A DNA stretch of 64,000 nt, from the NCBI GenBank assembly GCA_048013815.1, contig CM106586.1, positions 806,001 to 870,000 of the forward strand, given 5' to 3'. The DNA comes from Setoptus koraiensis. Its lineage: Eukaryota > Animalia > Arthropoda. The translations under genes and the position numbers were made by a program. The notes under the pieces are model-generated. The model saw nothing but the letters and a program-made list of their open reading frames with translations. It ran no database searches and was not told the origin of the DNA. Shown here piece by piece: positions 59,892-64,000 of the stretch; positions within the stretch are counted from its first letter, which is position 1, and each line of letters opens with the position of its first letter.

Positions 59892-60654
59892 GTGCCTTCC
59901 GAACCGCCTGTGGCGCTGGAACATTATATTGAGGACCCTCGTCAGTACCCACGTCCTGGGTATCGCAATAACTTTCAAGTCATGGTCAGAAGCACTTTTG
60001 CTTATTTGTTCCCAGCAGCCGCAGCCGAATTCGGGTGTATGAACATTTTCAGATTTACACAGGATCAATTCTTTAGTGTACGACTAATTCACTTTGGCTA
60101 TGTTAGTTCCAGGTTGGCCCTCGAATCTCCGGATCCCATTGATCCAGATGCTCTCAAGCCGCCCCACAATATAACTTTGCCTATTACCGACGTGCCGATC
60201 AGTGACTATCCAATCCCCTATCGAGGAGAAGAGAGTCTTAATCGACAATGTAAGACTATCCAGGCCCTTATCAGAAGTTTTTATATGGACTCCGATTCTA
60301 GAGCACAGTATATTTGGAATAGATTTAGAATTAACACCGCCAACGATCATCGGGTTCTCGTTGAAGCTTATACTTCCAAAAATTATTCGATATCTAAGCA
60401 TAAGCCAGAATATTGTTTTATCGTCGATAGCCAATGGTTGGCCATCTATAATAGTAGATCTAAGAATGCCTTCATTTGGATGTGCAGCCCCACGGAGTGT
60501 TCCGATGGTAGGCCAGCTAAGATGCATCATGCTTCTAAACAGATGCGAGATGAGTATCTTATGGGAAAGCGTACCAGAATTATGACTGGACAGAGTGCTC
60601 GGCATAAGGACAAGCCTAATTCCAAACTTGCTCAGGCGGACCTGAAGAAAATTC
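59892..60654 (+). CDS. Hypothetical protein (>250 aa), family not recognised, interrupted by a MITE at 60655
   Basis: Long stop-free frame in unique sequence with complex composition. Confidence 0.5.
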
Positions 60655-60738
60655 GGGTGTTGTTCGGAACACGTACCAAGCCAGATTTCCTCCAAACTTC
60701 ACACATGAGCCTCAAAGAGGCCATAAAGAACAAATAAA

Positions 60739-61610
60739 GGTTGTTGTAGCGATTAGGTCCCAGCGCCGATCATGATGAAACTTCCGGTACAGGTTCATCT
60801 TGACCCAAAACCATCGGGAAAAGTGGTCCGGAAGTGCGGAAACTTCCGGTTCCGGTTTTACCTAAAGTTGCTTCTAGAGAGTTGAAACTCACCAGACTGA
60901 CGTATTAGATGACGATCAACACGATGACATAGCTTTCAGCACTTCACCACTTCCGGTTCTCTGGTTATAGCGATATCTCTAGAATTGAGAGACCAGAAGT
61001 TGCCGAATTCTGGCTTCGCTACACTCAGGGATGAGCCTGCAATTGTTCTTAGAACTCGGCCTGCGGCCTCGTATTCTTGAGCCCGTCACATCTCCGTCGT
61101 CGCTACCGCGACGACTGCGTGCGACGTAAACCCTTCGGGTAGGGTTGATGAGCGCTTCGGGTTTCGGGCTGCGCCCTCTACCCTCCGCTCACGTGACCGC
61201 AATCCACACACAGCTGCAGGCGGGAAGAGTGAACGAACCACCCAACAGAGAATGAGGAAGAAGGGATTAAATGACTGAAACATACGTGAATACAGAGGGC
61301 AGCGAGTACGAGGCACAGGATAGGTCCGCTGACCGCAACCGCACAGGCCCGGCCTCACCCCAAAATTTGGTTTAACCTCTATATCCTATGAACCGGAAAT
61401 TAAATCGGATTGATTTTGATCCCTTCATGCTCCGCTAGGTGTCCACCATCTGATTCTGAAGTTTCGAAGCTCTATCTCAAAATTTTTGCATCTCCGGAAC
61501 CGGAAGTTTCCGCACTTCCGGACTACTCAATTCATAATAAAGAGCCCCTGTGGGGTCTGTATGTCAAGTTTCATGATGATCGGCGCTGGGACCTAATCGC
61601 AACAACACCC
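60739..61610 (-). mobile_element. Complete MITE family A copy (872 bp), core ~61052-61205
   Basis: TIRs plus TSD CAAATAAA. Confidence 0.93.
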
Positions 61611-61708
61611 CAAATAAAGTGGTCCGGGAGTGCGGAAATTTCTACTTCCGGAGATATGGAAAAATGCATTTTTCGGGCCTCTGAGGGGCCTCAGACCTTA
61701 GATTTTTG

Positions 61709-63488
61709 GTGTATTGTATGGAACAGCGCCACACTTTGATTTTGATGAAACTTCATACCTGAGGCCCGCAGGGCCTCCTGACAACAGTTTGAGTGGTCCG
61801 GAAGTGCGGAAACTTCCGGTTCCGGTTTTACAAAAACTTCGAGATAGAGCTTCGGAACGCAGTATGCAGCATGATTCGAGCATGCTGAACACAATGGAGA
61901 CAAATTAAATTGCGTGCAACTTCCGGTTCTTGAGATATTCTCAGTTCAAGATATATTTCCATGGTAAATAGTCTGTTCATCCACCTTTAATCGTGTATGG
62001 ATTGCAGTCATGTGAGCGAAGGGTAGAGGGCGCAGCCCGATACCCGAAGCGCTCATCAACCCTACCCGAAGGGTTTCCGTCGCACGCAGTCGTCGCGGGA
62101 GCGACGACGGAGATGTGACGGCCTCCAGAATACGAGGCCGTAGGCCGAGTTCTGGGTGTAGTCCCGAAGAGCGCCACACTTCTACTGAGATGAAACTTCA
62201 CACATGGGCCCCGTAGGGCCCTCTTATTACAAATTGAGTGGTCCGGAAGTGCGGAAACTTCCGGTTCCGGTTTTAATAAAACTTTGAGATACAGACTCAA
62301 AACTCGGTATACTGGTAGATTCAAGCATGCTGAGCACAATGCCGTGAATTTCAGCCATGATGGACGCGCGGTTCTTGAGATTTTTGGGAAAAACCACGAG
62401 AAAGCTATAAAAAGTTGGGGTTGGCCCTGATAAGGGCCGTTTTTGTGGGTTTTCACCTCTCGCTCTTATTCTATGCGCATGATCTTGACGAGTTCTGCGA
62501 ACGGGTCGATGGAATGCCGTCATCAGACGACCTGCCAGAAGCTATACTTGCGCAATCGGTCGGAATTACGCTGATTGATGAACTGTTAAATCTGAAGCCT
62601 GCGCATTCGATGGGATGCTGTGAAATCTTGGGCTTCACAGTTCGCAGTCTGATCATCTCTTTTGACAGGGTATGGATTGCAGTCACGTGAGCGGAGGGTA
62701 GAGGGCGCAGCCCGATACCCGAAGCGCTCATCAATCCTACCCGAAGGGTTCCCGTCGCACGCAGTCGTCGCGGGAGCGACGACGGAGATGTGACGGCCTC
62801 CAGATTACGAGGCCGCAGGCCGAGTTCTTGGACCCATCACAATCAGAGCGAAGCTAAGTCCTATATCTACTATTCCTTGCTGTATTGGACGCGACTTCAT
62901 CGAGAAACCAGAAATTACCCCGAAGAAATACCCGCAAATCCCCAAGCGGCTGTCGGGTAACGAGAAACGCCCATAGAGCGGTACCTCGGTTATCTCGGGA
63001 ACCAGGAATTTCCGCACTTCCGGAATACCTATCGCGGTATCAGGGTACAATAGCCTACCCTAAAATACCCAAGATACCCCGAAAAAAGTGTGGCGCTCTT
63101 CGGGACTTTAACCCGAGTTCTCAGACCCAGCTTCCAGCCTGATCGGTTGCGATTTCATATTCATTCGATCAGGATATCATGACAGCGCAGACACGAACCT
63201 TTTTTTGCTGGATTTATGAGTCACTTTTAGGAAATCTAAAAGTACCCAGATCGGTTCAAAATGAATTTGTCTACCCAAAAATACCCAAAATACCCCGAAA
63301 AAATGCCTTAGAAACCGCTAGCGGTCGTCGGGTATCGAGAAACGCCTTCCATGCGGTACCTCGGTTATCTCGGGAACTAGGAATTTCCGCACTTCCGGAA
63401 TACCTATTCCGGTATGAAGGTATTATACCCTACCCAAAAATACCCAAAATATCCCGAAAAAAGTGTGGCGCTGTTCCATACAATAACC
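61709..63488 (+). mobile_element. MITE family A copy (core ~61997-62150) containing a further copy
   Basis: TIRs ..TATTGTATGGAACAGCGCCACAC; TSD GATTTTTG. Confidence 0.9.
62154..63113 (+). mobile_element. Complete MITE family A copy (960 bp), same subfamily as 381-1338
   Basis: TIRs GGGTGTAGTCCCGAAGAGCGCC; TSD CGAGTTCT. Confidence 0.93.
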
Positions 63489-63931
63489 GATTTTTGTATG
63501 ATTGTCTAGATCCAGATGCTATCTATAGGATAGCGTTGGGATAAATCTCTTACATCAACTCGTTCGCGATTTGACAATGAGTGCAAGTTACACTTCCCGT
63601 TTGAGAACTGAAGCGATTCGGGGATGTTACCGAGATGTTCAAGGATGCAACACCTACGGATATTTATTGTGGTATAGTGCCTTTCCTGTTCAATCCAATT
63701 GATTGGCAATTGGTAGAGCTCACTATTGCTTACTGGATTATGGTACAACTTGATTTTGTTCAGCCCAAGTTGGATCATGAGTACGATGTGCCATACCGTA
63801 TTCCAATATCGCCACAAGATTTGGACTATGTATCTATACTTATTGGTATGTCGATGTTTAACATGGCCCTGAAGGCTGGTGGGAGAACCCCCAGTCAGAC
63901 CGGTGGTAGATCACCGAGTAGAGATAACGAA

Positions 63932-64000
63932 ACAAGTAATACTGATCAAATCAGTATTTCGAGCGCTTAATTTTTCGTGTGGACAAGTATTGTTGAAGGA
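63932..64000 (-). mobile_element. HINE 3' end
   Basis: ACAAGTAATACTGATCAAATCAGTATTTCGAGCGCTTAATTTTT, same as 2940. Confidence 0.85.

Larger units (their letters stand above)
60655..63650 (-). mobile_element. MITE family B host copy carrying three nested family A insertions
   Basis: Terminus GGGTGTTGTTCGGAACACGTACC; body pieces at 61619-61708 and 63489-63640 rejoin as the reverse of 35770-35980. Confidence 0.82.

Overview
This is eukaryotic DNA, most likely arthropod and possibly a mite (inferred from a Fasciclin-3-like exon rich in Q/N runs). It has three fixed-length 500-N scaffold gaps. About 85% of the window is nested mobile DNA; only ~54.8-58.6 kb looks like ordinary host gene space. 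Components: (1) A large family of 0.8-1.0 kb non-autonomous TIR elements with 8-bp TSDs. Their arms are divergent and swapped between copies, but they share a near-invariant ~150-bp core that folds into hairpins with C-GNA-G triloops; a sister family has a second core. (2) A Helentron-type non-autonomous family (HINE/DINE-1-like) with AGCGCTTAATT subTIRs, a 3' hairpin and an internal TTCGAA-rich satellite. (3) Ty3/Gypsy pieces: a pol plus 3' LTR with an extra RING/Zn-finger/Ubl-like ORF, an env-LTR-PBS-gag-protease tandem, and env-like pseudogenes. (4) Fragments of copia gag, hAT (BED finger), PIF/Harbinger and DD37E Tc1-like transposases. (5) Four stand-alone chromodomain micro-genes and a co-oriented cluster of unassigned ORFs; an LTR-like repeat lies next to two of the micro-genes and the cluster. 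Most short ORFs in the supplied track are spurious readings of repeats. All protein family calls are from motif recognition by eye; no database search was run.
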